Positions 1 through 13,970 are shown, numbered from the stretch's first letter. The stretch: DNA of 64,000 nucleotides from Nemertoderma westbladi (GCA_032718475.1 JAUCBJ010000974.1:6787-70786), one strand, 5' to 3'. Notes: generated by a model not told the origin, from the letters alone. Translations and numbers: made by a program.

Positions 1-119
1 TATGTAATTTAAAATTAATCAAACCAACAGGAATCCCTTCAAGCAATAAATTAATTTTTCTAGACCAGTTTTTCCTGCACAACACGAATATGAACTCCAT
101 TTATCCGCCCCAATAGTTA

Positions 120-345
120 TAAGAAAGTTATAAGAGGTTTTAAATAGAGGCGGCACCCTGTCGCCCTGGGAGTCAGGATAATATATGTAAAGGCGGCACT
201 CTGCCGCCATGAGGGTTAGGTTATAATTATATAAAGGCGAAACACTGCTACCCTGGGGATCAGGATAATATTATATATATCTAAAGGTGGCACTTTGCTG
301 CCATGGGGGTTAAGTTATAATTACAGTATTTAAAGGCGGCATTAT
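120..345. repeat. Degenerate tandem repeat, units of roughly 40-55 bp
   Basis: About 5 recurrences of AAGGCGGCAC, most followed by CC(C/A)TGGGG-like and ATAAT segments. Confidence 0.5.
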
Positions 346-494
346 CATTATGAACACGAGTACGTGTCGTGACAATACGTGTGATGAACTCGTACCGTGT
401 TGGTACGCAGTGTTAAAGGCAAATAGGTCTATGATACAGTTGCTGAAGTTAATAACGTTGTAGCAGGACGATATAGCTGGTTTTCTGCTCTTGT

Positions 495-1170
495 ATCTGG
501 GTCAGTACAAAACGAAGACCAAGGACGTACAAAACTAAGAGGTAAAGTAGCGTTAGGTCCCAAAGAGCGTTAGGTCTCATTGGCATTTAAAGGAGCAGGT
601 TAGTAAAGGAGCAGGTTACATAGTCATAGTTGGGGGAACCAAAACAATAAACGAAAGTTATCACATGTGTTTCGTACAGGTCTTAAGTTTTTGGGTCTTG
701 TGTATTTGTTTTGTACTCACCCTTTTGTATTCATTATTGCACGCTTGTAGCAAATTATTATTGCCAATCGCTGTTATATCTACTAATACCGTTGTGGACA
801 CCCAAGAGTCTATAGATCGGATTAGAGACCAAGTTTATTTTGCAAATTTTTTGACAATAATGCATTACGTGCTACGAGCAATGATTCAAATTTCTAATGC
901 CCTGCTGCTTGCTGTACATTCAATATAGAAGAAATGTAGAATTCACAGCTCTGAACAAGTACATTTGTTGGGTGAATTCTTAGCCCGCGAGTGTTCTTAA
1001 CCCGCGAGTTAGAAAAGGAGCAGGTTAGCAAAGGAGCAGGTTTCAGAGGAGTACTGGGGGAACCAAAACAATAAACGTTATTGTTTCGTGGGCTAAGAAT
1101 ACCCATGGGCTAAGAATGCAAGGCTAAGAATACCCACGGGCTAGGAATACTCGCATGCTAAGAATTCCTG
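495..1170. repeat. Two small related foldback (MITE-like) units, ~495-725 and ~968-1170
   Basis: Shared core AAAGGAGCAGGTTAG..GGGGGAACCAAAACAATAAACG; each has its own inverted arms (GTACAAAAC/GTTTTGTAC; GAATTCTTAGC/GCTAAGAATTC). Confidence 0.45.
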
Positions 1171-2242
1171 AGACCGTACATTTACAAAGAAATTGAGCCT
1201 GGAAATTGCTTTATCGACCACCTTATAATAAAAATATAATAAGAATAATTTCCCATTCAGCATTCATATAATTAGTTCAACAACTTATACAATTAAAAAT
1301 TAGTGATATTCGATGTTTCATTAAAAGCACTATAATATAACATCGCGATCTTAAATATTCAATTTGTTATTCCCCTCAATTATACACGATATATGATGTT
1401 TACGGACACCAAGTTGTACCTACAATCAAAGAAACTTAATATCAATAAATAACCAAAGACGAAAAAGCAATATCACACTCCCTCACATTACCCTCACATT
1501 ATACACCACACCCCCTAGTGGTAGCACAGGAATTGATGTCACCACAACTTTCAAATAATCAGTCCCACTGAGAGAGAGAGAGAGAGTAAATGTGTTGACG
1601 CCTCGGTCTAAGTTTGTAAATGTTTTTGGGTTCGTAATATGATGACGGATATTAAGAAATATAAAATGAATGAGTTGATGATAATAAGACATAGTTTAAT
1701 ATTTTATAATAATAATTGACAATCGCACTCTCATTACACTCCTAATGTATATCATAATGCTACCTAATTGATAATAATATCCTATAAAAAAGCTACGATC
1801 TTTTATACTACTATATTTTATTATAATATGTTTCATGTGTCTATCACAGAAAGTTATATCCAATAGGATTTCACATACTGGGTGAAAAGTAAGGAACAGA
1901 AAATGATTGAGGATTCACATCAAACTTATAACTCTCAATAACTACAGTAAAAAACTGGCTAAATTAATCGTGCATAGAGATAATGATTCCTGTCCTAAGG
2001 TAGACTAAAAATGTTGTACAGTAAGCAGCATTACAAATGACAGGTCGTGATTGACATATTATGCATGCTGAGTCTACATGTGCTTCGTGTTTACATATCG
2101 AATAATAATAAATAAAAAACGCATCTGAAATAACATGTGCCAAGGGGCAATTCATGCATGTCTTCTAATCTCGGGAAAATATGTCAAATAATTTTGGTGT
2201 TACATGGTCACAAACGTTCTACCGTTAACATAGCCACCCCTC

Positions 2243-5200
2243 TCAACCAGAGCCATTTTGGGCCCTTTCTAAAAGGCACAGCTTAACGGTAGGACGTATC
2301 AACGATTTGGAAGCAGCAGTACGGATTTCAACCGTGCGTACTCTGCCATCCTTTCCAGGTAGAGCTCGTACGACTCTGGCTAATGGCCAGTGTCCTCTCG
2401 GTAAGTGCCCGTCAACTACCAGAACGAGATCGCCGATAGCAAGATTACGACGTTCCCTATTCCAAATAGCTCTCACTGTTAATGTGGGTAGGTATTCCTT
2501 TTGGAAACGGTTCCAAAAGTGGTCGGTAAGCAATTGGCATTGGCGCCAACGCTTACGTAGCAACATATCACCATCGTTGAATTCACCGGGTGATGCATTC
2601 TCATAACTTTGTCCAATAAGGAAGTGACTCGGCGACAATGCATTAAAGTCATCAATACTATCGCTGACTGGAGAAATGGGTCGCGAGTTGAGAATGGCTT
2701 CAATTTCTGTCAACACGGTATAGAGTGTATCATCATGGACACACTGCTTCATGATTGTGGCACGTAAAGATTGTTTCACTGTGCGCACCAAGCGTTCCCA
2801 TGAACCACCAAAGTGTGGTGAAAGTGGTGGGATTCTTGTCCATGAGATATTGAGGTGCGACAGGGTGCTACGTATCGCGCCGTGATCGATGGCATTGAGG
2901 GCTTCCCGCAGCTCTCTTTCGGCGGCAATAAAGTTGGTTCCGTTATCAGAATGAATAACAGATGGATATCCCCTTCGAGATATGAAACGACGAAGTGCCA
3001 TAATAAAGGCATCTGCATTTAGATTATAGGCAACTTCTAAATGAACCGCGCGAGTTGTCAAACAGGTAAATAAACATACCCAACGTTTTTCTCTGCATCT
3101 TCCTCTCTTAACTGCTATAGGTCCGAGATAATCTAGACCTGTCTCAAAAAATGCCGGTTTCAGTACTGCCAATCGACAAGAGGGTAGGTCTGCCATATAC
3201 GGAGGTGCAGCCCTTGCGTTGCTTCTACGGCACACTACACACTTGTCAATAACAGAACGAACTGCGGCTTTACCTCTGGTGATCCAGACGTTTTCCCTTA
3301 ATGACGCCAATACATGATGTGGTCCTTGGTGGGCTAATTTGCTATGGGATGACCAGATCATGATCTTCGAGAGAGCATCATTATGACTCAGTATTGCTGG
3401 GTGTTTAGTAGCAATTGGTAGATCTGAATTGCCCAGTCGTCCACCCACTCTCAGAATACCCGCTTTGTCAATAAATGGGTTGAGTGGCACAAGTGGACTA
3501 TCTCTTTGTAGAGGTCGGCCTGCGTTTAATGCACTAATTTCTGCAGACCATGTCTTCTCTTGCTGCAAGCGAATGGCTAACATTCCCGCCTGATCCAATT
3601 CGGTGGCTGATGGGTCAGCCACCCCTAGTGGCATCGTCGGATGTTCCTTGCGCTGCCGGAAGCGCCGAACCCATCCTAAACATCTGGCTATGCACCCACA
3701 TAATCGATTCCAATTGGAGAATCGACTAAAGTCAATAAGTGTTGTTGTGTTACTTTCTACTATTGTAGCAGCAATAACTACAGATTTCTTAAGTTCACAG
3801 TCTTCGTTATGAACGGGCTCTGAACTGCTTTGTGAGGGCCAGCTTGCCTCAGGTTCCCACAGGAAATCTGGCCCTTGAAACCAGCGATCTGACATGGTTG
3901 CCGATGAAAGCGATAAACCTCGTGTCGGATCATCCGCTGGATTTTGTGAACTAGATATGTGATGCCATTGAGATACGTCACTGTGGTCATGTATCTCTGC
4001 TACGCGGTTTGCTACGAATGGTGTGAATCTGCGAGATTCACTTCCAATGTACTGTAATGCCGTTTTAGAATCAGTCCAATAGAAACGCTGAGAAATTGGT
4101 AATTCGATCTCTGATTGGATTAAATTCGCGACTCGAACACCCATTACACAGGCTTGGAGTTCCTTGCGAGGAACTGATATAGTGCGCAAGGGGGCTAGAC
4201 GAGATTTTCCCATAATGAGGCAGCATTTAACTTGCCCATTTTCATCAACAGCTCTGAGATATCCAGCAACTCCAAAAGCAACGTCAGAAGCATCACAAAA
4301 TATATGAAGTTGGAGTGACGCAATGTATTGTTGAGAAGGAAAATAAACCCGAGGGAGTTTAATATTTTCTACGTAGGTAAGATCGTTTAACCACCTTAAC
4401 CACACACTCAGTAGCTCTGTTGGTATGAGATCGTCCCATCCAACTCCTATCCGCCACAACTCTTGTATGACTAATTTAGCTGGTAATATGAACGGCGTTA
4501 ATAATCCCAATGGATCAAAAATTGAGCTAGTTATCGAAAGTATTTTTCTTTTAGTGAAATGGGAACTGTCTTTACTCGATGCGACAGTTGTGAATGAAAT
4601 AACATCTTCATTCGCATCCCACTGAACACCAAGAGCACGTTGCGTGGGGAGTCCATCGCAATCTAAATTAACAATGGATCGTGTGAGTTCGGTAGAAGGT
4701 ATCGAAGTAAGAACTTCACGTGAATTACTCACGAATTTAGTAAGGCGAAATCCCCTGTTGTTCAGCATAGCAATAAGTTGGCTTAACAATTTAATTGCTA
4801 CGGTGGTCGAAGTCACAGACGTCAGTAAATCATCCGAATAAAAGTCTCGTATAACCGTAGCTACAGTTAGTGCATCAAATGAAGAAGCTTGATCGGTAGC
4901 AGCACGTCGCAATCCCGTGATTGCACATGTTTGAGAGGAAACAGCGCCAAAGATATGGCGAGTCATCTCATAAACATTTGGCGGGTCGACTCTATTGTCT
5001 CCTCGCCATAGAAACCGCAAAGCGGGTCGGTCACTCTCTTGAACGCCCACTTGGTGATACATAGCCTCTATATCACCAATAATAGCAACTAAATGTTGAC
5101 GAAATCTCAACAAAATTCCGATAAGGCTATTCAATAAGTCAGGTCCGGTCAATAACTGATCATTTAACGATGTGCCACTGTACTTTGCAGCGGCATCGAA

Positions 5201-8200
5201 AACTACTCTAAGTTTTCCAGGCTTGTTTGGTTGGGTTACCCCATGGTGGGGTAAATACCAAGTTACTTTAGATGGAATCAGTGACTCCTCTTTTGTTAGC
5301 TTACGGGCAAACCCTTTGGATTCGTATCCATCTATTATTTCAGTATAGCGTTTAGCTAAATCATGATCTTTATCTAATTTCTTCTCAAGGGATAAAAGTC
5401 TATGAGTAGCCATGGGGGTGTTGTCTGGAAGACGTGGTGCATCACGTTTCCAGGGCAACCCCATCTCATAACGACCATCAACGAACTTGATCGTTCGTTC
5501 AATGATTTGTAAGGCTCTTGTGTCTTCGACTGATCGAGAAGCACAAGAATCATGAGTAGTACCAAATGCATCAGTACGCCAAAACATCTCGAGACGTTTG
5601 TCAAGTCTATCTGTTTCAGAAACAGTGGTCGTATAAACAACCAATTCGTCATTTTTAGACGTGGTAGTTTGAGATCTCCCTAAAAGATACCAGCCCAGTG
5701 CCGAACAGTGCGCTTGGGGTTGTCCTGATGCACCCACACGTCTTTCAGCAGTATTCAGAGCATCAGGTACATTGGCCCCAATAACTACTGCTACATCTGG
5801 TCGTTCATTGCAGGATAAACCAAGGCCCTGCAAATAATCAAATTGACTATCATTGCTATCAAAGGCGAATGATCGGGATGGTGCATTCATTGAAGGAAGC
5901 ACGTATGCTTCATCAACATAGAAAATTGTGTTATATGGATGATGCCCTGATATGGAAAAGTAAACACGCTTTCGTTTTTGGTCTCCACTTTTTCCAACCA
6001 GGCCGTTTAATTTTATACATTTAATTTCCCCATCTAGATTGAGTGCATCAGCGATATCCTTACGTATGAAGGAGGTCTCACTGCATGCATCAAGAAGGGC
6101 ATGAGTATTAAGAGTTTCACCGTTGGGAGAAATAATCTTAATAGGCACAGTAGGTAAAAACACAGATGTTTCGTTATTTGTTGTAGTATTACAGCTTACG
6201 TGCTTGGAATCTTGCCTGTGTGATTTAAAATAGTCATGCAATAGCGTGTGGTGTCGCTGATTGCAGTTAGACACATGACAAGAATGAATTGATGAACATT
6301 TAGATGCGTGATGATTCTGTTTGAGACAGTTGGTGCAAAGAGCATTGTCTAACGCTACTTTCCCCTTATTATCGGGTGTCATGCCAATAAATTTTGAACA
6401 CCTATATATTAAATGGGATCCATTGCAAACCAAACATATATCTCTAATATGTTCTGATGTTTCATTGGGTAAGCCTTTTGATACCGTTGGTTTGAACTGA
6501 GATATGTAATTTTGCCGTGAATCTGGCTTTGTTGTTTTATTAGATTCAGTAATAACTGAAGAAGCGTAATTTGATATTAACGGCGCCGGCTGTCTGAATG
6601 GAACCGATTTTTGAACAACATTGCCGGGGGTATTTAGATTCGGTTTAGATTTGGCATTAGATGCTGAACTCCAATCCTCTATTGGCATAACTGAAGGTTC
6701 AAAAGCAACCTTTACTCTTTGCCTCAGCCATTCTTCAAAATGTACCAAGGTCGGTTCTTCCCTTGGTCTGATACGCTGACAAGTTTCGCACCAACGTTCT
6801 CTTAAACGAAAAGGGAGTCTATTATATGCACCGCGTAATATATCCGGCGAATATAATACACTCTCTAAACGTCCCATACGTTTTAAGGTATGCACCCCTA
6901 CGGTAACGGATATTGAAAATGTTCTTAGAGCTGACTTATTGTCAGCAGGAACCATTGAGCCAGATGTTATTGAGGAGGTGAAGGCCCTCACGATTAGGCT
7001 AGGGTGTGCAAACTGCTCTTTGAGCATTTGCAGTGCAACCGCATATGCCTTCCCATCGGAACCTAAACCTTTTACCACCTCTCTAGCATCAGCACTCAAG
7101 TGGTTCAATAGTTGTGCCATGCGCCGGTTATCATCATTATAAATTTTATTATGCACATGTGTGTAAAAATTACTTATAAAGTCCGGCCATTTTAAAGGAT
7201 TTCCATCAAATTTAATAATGGTAATGGGAGGTATTCCTCGATCCTCTTCCAATCGCAATAGCGACCTCTCTAATGAAGCATTAGGGGTGATTGTATGTAG
7301 AAATGTTTCTTCGTAAGGGATTAGTCTATCCACCCAGGCATCCACAGGCTCCTGGGGTGTATGAAATTGCTTGTTAACGAAACCAGGAAAATCGCTTATT
7401 TCATCTTTGTTCTCACTAGGAAACATTATCGGCGCGGGTTTGGGTATAAATACTGGCCGAGTAGGATCCAAAACAGGTTAATTGAATGTGGAAAGTTTAG
7501 GCCTATTAACGTTAGATGTACTCACCAAAAGCGGATTTGTGGATGTGTCCATATGGGGTGCATTATAATTCATAAGTGGTGATATTTCAGCACCCGCTGT
7601 ATTTTTTCGCATTACGGTATTGGCATGGCAATAACTAACCGATGTTGAAGTCGATGTGACAAGTTGATTTGGAAGAATTGAAGTCGGATGTTGATTTAAC
7701 TCGGGTTCTTGTATGGGTTCCTGTTGCAGGAGTACATTACCAGGTTCGGTTGATCCACGGGAAACCGGGTGGCTGGTAGAATGTACGGAGACTTCATCAT
7801 CAAAGTCATGAAGTCTTGTTTCGAGGTTTTCATCATCCTCTTCAACGTCTTCTATTAGTAACTTTGCTTCCAGGGATTTCATTGCGGCTTCCTGGTCGGC
7901 TTCCAGAGTCTCAGCATTGGCCTCTACCGTCGCCTTTTCAACTCGCAGTTGGGCTCTCGCTCGAGCCTGATCCGCTGCTAGCTGGGAAAGACGTGCACTT
8001 CGTGCAGCATGTCTTGCACGTGACGTGATCGTGCATGACGAAGCCGAGTGGGTTTGATGACTCGTTCGTGTGATGTGGCTTCCTGGGGCAGAAATTCCAC
8101 GAGTAATGGGAGAATCCAGGGGTAACGATGCAGGTACGAGTTTCGGAGTAGGAACCTGTCCCGTTGAGATCCGTCTTTGAGAGGTTCGTCGCAGGGCAAC

Positions 8201-8230
8201 TCGCCGGCTGATACCGCCAGGTTCACTCAT
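2243..8230 (-). CDS. Gag-Pol polyprotein of element A, one frame with an in-frame TAA at 7478-7480
   Basis: ORFs 7478..8230 and 2243..7471 share a frame. Triple Zn knuckle CLVC/CTNC/CHVSNC, protease ALLDACSE, RT DIEAMY and YSDD, RNase H FCDAS/WTDS/NPAD, integrase LDYLGP, SDNGTNF, WERLV. Confidence 0.93.
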
Positions 8231-8300
8231 CTTGAAAGGGTGTTTCAGTAATTATTTGGGAACAAATCCCACAGAGTCATCGTAGTTAGTGGGTTGATGT

Positions 8301-8318
8301 ATCCGGTTCGAAGGACCA
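8301..8318 (-). promoter_or_regulatory. tRNA primer-binding site of element A (tRNA-Tyr type)
   Basis: TGGTCCTTCGAACCGGAT lies 1 nt after the 5' LTR and is complementary to the eukaryotic tRNA-Tyr 3' end (...CGAAGGACCA). Confidence 0.85.
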
Positions 8319-9166
8319 ATAAATGTGTTGACGCGTCGGTCTAAGTTTGTAAATGTTTTTGGGTTCGTAATATGATGACGGATATTAAGAAATATAAAAT
8401 GAATGAGTTGATGATAATAAGACATGGTTTAATATTTTATAATAATAATTGACAATCGCACTCTCATTACACTCCTAATGTATATCATAATGCTACCTAA
8501 TTGATAATAATATCCTATAAAAAAGCTACGATCTTTTATACTACTATATTTTATTATAATATGTTTCATGTGTCTATCACAGAAAGTTATATCCAATAGG
8601 ATTTCACATACTGGGTGAAAAGTAAGGAACAGAAAATGATTGAGGATTCACATCAAACTTATAACTCTCAATAACTACAGTAAAAAACTGGCTAAATTAA
8701 TCGTGCATAGAGATAATGATTCCTGTCCTAAGGTAGACTAAAAATGTTGTACAGTAAGCAGCATTACAAATGACAGGTCGTGATTGACTTATTATGCATG
8801 CTGAGTCTACATGTGCTTCGTGTTTACATATCGAATAATAATAAATAAAAAACGCATCTGAAATAACATGTGCCAAGGGGCAATTCATGCATGTCTTCTA
8901 ATCTCGGGAAAATATGTCAAATAATTTTGGTGTTACATGGTCACAAACGTTCTACCGTTAACAGAGAGAGAGAGAGAGAGAGAGAGAGATGTACTATCTA
9001 CTAAAAGGTACTACAGTATATAGTGTTTTTTTACTAGATAGCTAGTATGGTATATTTTGAAATTATAAAAACATCCTGTTAACCAACAAAAAAAAACCGA
9101 AAAAACACTAGCTACCTTAATAAAATAATATATACTAATGTTCTAGAGCACCTACGAATAACAAAA

Positions 9167-10043
9167 GGTACTAGTGTGTTATAGGTACACCCCCCCTCAA
9201 ATTTTTTTTACTAGCTAGTTTTTGCTATTTCTTTTTATAAAATGTTCTAGAACATGAGATACATTTGTAAAAAAATAATAAAATGTTCTAGAACAAATAT
9301 TATTTGTTCTAGAACAAATTTTAAAAAAGTTTACAAATTTTATTTTTTGTTAGTTATGTTTTATTTGTTGTCAAGGAAATTGAATATTCTAGAATATTCG
9401 AGTTTCTACAGATAAGATTTGACTTTCGCCCAACAACTACCGGTACAGTAGCTGAGTTTCGTAGTTTCGTTGGAAGGTTCTACACAAATAGAACCCATTT
9501 TCTGCTCTGTTGGATTTGATCAGTTAATATTACCCGCTGTCTGGTAAATAATAAATATTATACAGTATACGTATTCCAAGCATATCATTAATTTCTGAAT
9601 AATGACCTCAATACAGTGAATTTTTTTTAATTTTAATTAGCTATTAAAAAAATACTAGCTAACAGCTAACCCCCCCCCCCCCCCCCCCAAACCCATCTTG
9701 CCAGCAACGATTAAAAATTATATGAAACAAATTCTAAATAAAATTAAAAAAAAAATTTTATATTTTTTGAACTGTTCTAGAACAAAAACTATTAGTTCTA
9801 GAACTTTTGTTTTCTAGTTCTGAATAGCTAACATGTTCTAGAACATTATTAAAAAATAAAAATAGTACATTAATTTTTTTAAATTTTTTTTAAATTGTTC
9901 TAGAACAAAAAATATTTTTTCTAGAACATATATATATATTTTTTTAATAGCTAACATGTTCTAGAACATGTTCATAAAAAGAAATAGCAAAAACTAGCTA
10001 GTAAAAAAAATTGAGGGGGGTGTACCTATAAGACACTAGTGCC
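9167..10043. mobile_element. MITE with long TIRs and an 8-bp TSD (Merlin-like)
   Basis: TIR GGTACTAGTGTGTTATAGGTACACCCCCC... / ...GGGGGGTGTACCTATAAGACACTAGTGCC, about 90 bp; TSD TAACAAAA at 9159-9166 and 10044-10051; GG termini. Confidence 0.8.
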
Positions 10044-10292
10044 TAACAAAAATCCCCAAAAAAATAAATATTTTGAAAATCTCAAAAAATACTAACTAAT
10101 AAAAAAAACCATATATCACGTAATGTTCCAGAACATTCACCAATGTCAATAAAGACAACAATAACCACAATAAAATCACAAAGGTTCTTACAAATTATTG
10201 CTGTTTACATACTTTACTAAGACCGGTTATAGGCCTACAGTACATACCGGTACCGGTACTATACTAGAACACAGTGAGCTCTAGCCATAAAA

Positions 10293-12727
10293 ATGCATTC
10301 TTTGATTTTCATATGTTTCTTTCTCAGCAACGGCGTTTTTGGCACTGTGATTGGTGAAAAACGAGTCTGTGACTCATTAGAAAGTAAATCAACTTGCGAT
10401 GATGGATTGTACTGCTCTACAGATCTAAGTCACTTCGAAAATGAACCTTTTTGCATCTGCTTTGAATCCAAAGTGATGAGTGACGATGGTGACTGCATTC
10501 AATGCTCTACCGATGTACGATGTGGTAACGGAGCACTCTGTATTAAAGGAAGTTGTCATTGTAAAGATGGTTTAGTGATAAATAAATCATCCTTGCGCAG
10601 AGGACGTTTAGGCTGCCAACTACCGAAATATGTTTCTGAATGTGGAGATGTGAGTCAGTTAACAAAGAAAGGAAAATTAAGGAGAAAATTTTGTCAGTGC
10701 AAAGATGCAACTTTGACTATGGTCTGGAACAATTACACATTATTTTGGGAATGCAAGGGACACTCGCCCTATCCAGTTGTGAGTACTACTGGCGGTAACG
10801 GTGATAAATACCTGCAATATGGCGAGGGCGGTTGTAATGAAGTTACCAGACACAAAGATGATCCAATATGTGACATTGCCAAAGGCTTAAAGTGTTTAGA
10901 AGGCATACGGTTTGAAAATACGGATTTGTTTAAGAAAATGTGCATTTGTTCTGATTCCAAAGTGAAGAATGACGATGGCCACTGCGTTAAATGCTCCGAA
11001 GATGACCTTTGTGGGAACGGAGCAGACTGTATTAATGGAAGTTGTCAATGTAGAGATGGTCTAGTGCTCGATGAAACATCTCTAGGCATTGGTACACCTT
11101 GGGTACCCATAGTTTGACCAATTTTTTCATAGGAAAACGGCTGTTATCATGAGGTTTTTTCTATAACAAATATGTGATCTTCTGACAGTAGGATGATAGC
11201 TAATAATTTTGATTTTGTGTTAGCTAGTACGGTACTTTTTTTAGCTAGTGAAAAAATTTAACTATAATTTTTCTTGTGAAAATGGCTATTATCATGAGTT
11301 TTCTTGTTCTGGAATAAATATTTTACCTTCTGTCCGTAAGATGGTAGCTACTAGCTAGTAATTTTGATTTTGTGTTAGCTAGTAGGCCTACTTTTTATAA
11401 GATATTAAAAAAGTAAAACTTATTTAGAACATCAAACACAGCTATGTTTTGTGTGTTATAAGTTCTAGATTCAAAATACTGCAGTTTACAGTATAAGAGG
11501 TCAAATCATTTAAAATGAAGATTTTTTTATAAGGGTTGTACAATTTAACTTTTTTTCCAAAAAAAATGTTCTAGAATAAAGTGTTCTAGAACAAAAATAT
11601 TTATCAAAATTGATATCTAACACGTCTTCTATAACATTTATAAAAAAGGTTGAAAAAACAAGCTACTGTAGTATAAAAAATTTAAAAATACCGTTTGCCA
11701 TGATTGGGGGCGTATCTATAATTATATAAATAATTAAAAATGTGTTCTAGAACAAAACTATTTATCAAAATTGAAAGCCATCTTCTATAAAATTTATATA
11801 AAAAAATAACAAAAACTAGCTAGTATAAAAAATCTGGTCAATGGGTACCCAAGGTGTACCAACGCCCATCGTTTAGTTGGAAAAGGAATAGGGTGTAAAC
11901 AAGCCAATAACAGTGGTGAGTGTGGAGCAGATGAAAAAGAGTTCAGTATGACTACCAAAGCCCCAAAAAAGTGCGAATGCAAAGTCCAAAGTAAAATCAT
12001 GACGTGGAATATGGACAAATTATTTTGGGAATGTAAATTGAACTTGACAGCAATTGGAACAACAGAAGGCACTGATGTTGGAACAGTTCCAGGTGACCTG
12101 TATCCCAGGCAATATGGTGAAACATGTGATGAATTGTCAAATATATGCGATTTTGATAAAGGCTTAATTTGCTACAAAGATGAAAGAGACAGATTTATTG
12201 GGGAAGAAAAGTCAAGGTGTATATGTAATAAACCGATGATTTGGACCGGATCTAAATGCAAAAAATGTAATAGTGATACAGATTGCGGAAATCATGCAAC
12301 ATGCATTGGTAACACAACTTGTCACTGTAAAAAGGGAAAAGTATTTCATAAAGCTACTATTCACATTCAGCATCGAAGTTTCGGATGCAAGAATGCTGAA
12401 GATGTTTCTGAATGCGGTGATGAAAATCAATTCACATTGAGATCACAGCCATCAATGTGTGAATGCTCAAATCCATCCATGAATATGTCCTGGAACAAGT
12501 ACGCATTAACTTGGCAATGCCAAGAGCCAGCTGCCTATCAAACAACCACTGTTAATGAAGAAGTAGAAGAAGAAGAAGAAGATGATGATGTGGGTGACAA
12601 TGATTATTCAGAAAATGAATTACAGGATCCTCTTGAGAAAAATCCAACAGATGATGCATTTACCATTACCAAGTTATCGGACTGCATAATTATTATTCTA
12701 GCAAACATTGTCTCCAAATACATTTAG
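10293..12727 (+). CDS. Cys-rich secreted/surface protein with three EGF/EB-like modules, interrupted by a MITE at 11085-11866
   Basis: Signal peptide MHSLIFICFFLSNGVFG; three modules C..D..CGN.A.CI...C.C..G; acidic linker; hydrophobic C-terminus (GPI-signal-like). Joining 11084 to 11867 restores a frame of about 550 aa. Confidence 0.75.
11085..11866. mobile_element. MITE-like insertion in the Cys-rich gene
   Basis: TIR GGCATTGGTACACCTTGGGTACCCAT / ATGGGTACCCAAGGTGTACCAACGCC; AT-rich interior with TTCTAGAA and CTAGCTAG motifs as in the 9167 MITE; no clear TSD. Confidence 0.75.
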
Positions 12728-12993
12728 ATAACGTTCAATGACTATATTTTGCAACGTAATGATTAATTTTTACCGGTGCCAGTAGTGATTATTCTAAAGT
12801 AACAAAGTTTCATTAATCCGTTTAATGTTGTGTGTAGTCATTATTAAATAATTTTCAAATTATCTATAAATTATATCATACAGCTTTCTACATACAGCAC
12901 TACAGCTTATCCTTAGGCTGGACGCTACATCACCTCAGTTGTAAATTTCACAAATAATGATAATGTAGACCTACTTTATACTATATTATAATA

Positions 12994-13566
12994 CTTCGAA
13001 TACGTAAGGGAAAGGCATGGGCAGCCTTGAATAGGCTTTCCAGGATTTGGAAGTCACCGAGAATTAAACGGAAACTTAAGGTGCGATTATTCAGAGCACC
13101 AGTAGTTCCAGTACTCCTCTATGGGAGTCCATGCAGGGCTCTAACTGCTGAGGACACCAAATCTCTGGATGGCACATTCACAAGAATGCTACGCCGGGTC
13201 CATTGTGTCAAGTACAATACAAACATCTCCAACCAGACACTATATAACATTGGAGGTGTCTCATTGGTTCCCCCAAGCTTGACACTAGAACAAAATCGCC
13301 TCCGCTTTGCAGGACATTGCTTTCGCCGTGAGGACCAGCCAGTGCATCATCTTGTACTTTGGCAGCCTCATGGAGTGAATAAGCATGGTGGACAGCCCAT
13401 GACTTTCTTGAGACGCATCGTAAAGGACACTGGCCTTGAAGATGCGGATGATCTAGCAAATGCCATGGGTGATAGGGAGTTGTGGCGGTGCAATTTTGTC
13501 GACAAGATGGCACAGCATTCTAAAAAATGCAGCTGCAATGCAGCATGCCGATCCAAGTAGTAGTAG
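12994..13566 (+). mobile_element. 5'-truncated RTE-like LINE, same family as 22438-24409
   Basis: Near-identical to the 3' end of the 22.4-24.4 kb copy; (TAG)n tail; 12-bp TSD TATATTATAATA at 12982-12993 and 13567-13578. Confidence 0.88.
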
Positions 13567-13970
13567 TATATTATAATATTGTAATCATACAAGAATATAA
13601 ATTTCGTTGCAATTTGTATATATTTTCTTTAAAATATCCACTATACCAGAAAAATGCAGACAATAAAGAATACAATGTCCACTTCTGCTGAAAATAAAGT
13701 GATCCAATCAATTTTCCAATAATGCGGATATTTATCGGATATTTATCGGATAATCGGATATTTATCCAAACAATGATCTAGAAATGTAATCTGTTGAATT
13801 CGCATTATTTATTTGTATACACAGTTTGTAGTATTAAAGACATACTTTAAGATTGCGCTTGTGTAATTACCATTGCAAGCTTACGAATAAAATCCTGCCA
13901 TACATACATAATCGTAATGCATTCTCAATAAATTACATGACTTGAATACTCTTCTTCACAAAAACATTCA

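Larger units (their letters stand above)
1587..8963 (-). mobile_element. Bel/Pao LTR retrotransposon A, full length and recent, inserted in a (GA)n microsatellite
   Basis: 644-bp LTRs 1587-2230 and 8320-8963 with about 3 substitutions seen; GAGAG on both flanks; PPT GAGGGGTGGCTA at 2231-2242; PBS at 8301-8318; domain order gag-PR-RT-RH-IN. Confidence 0.97.
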
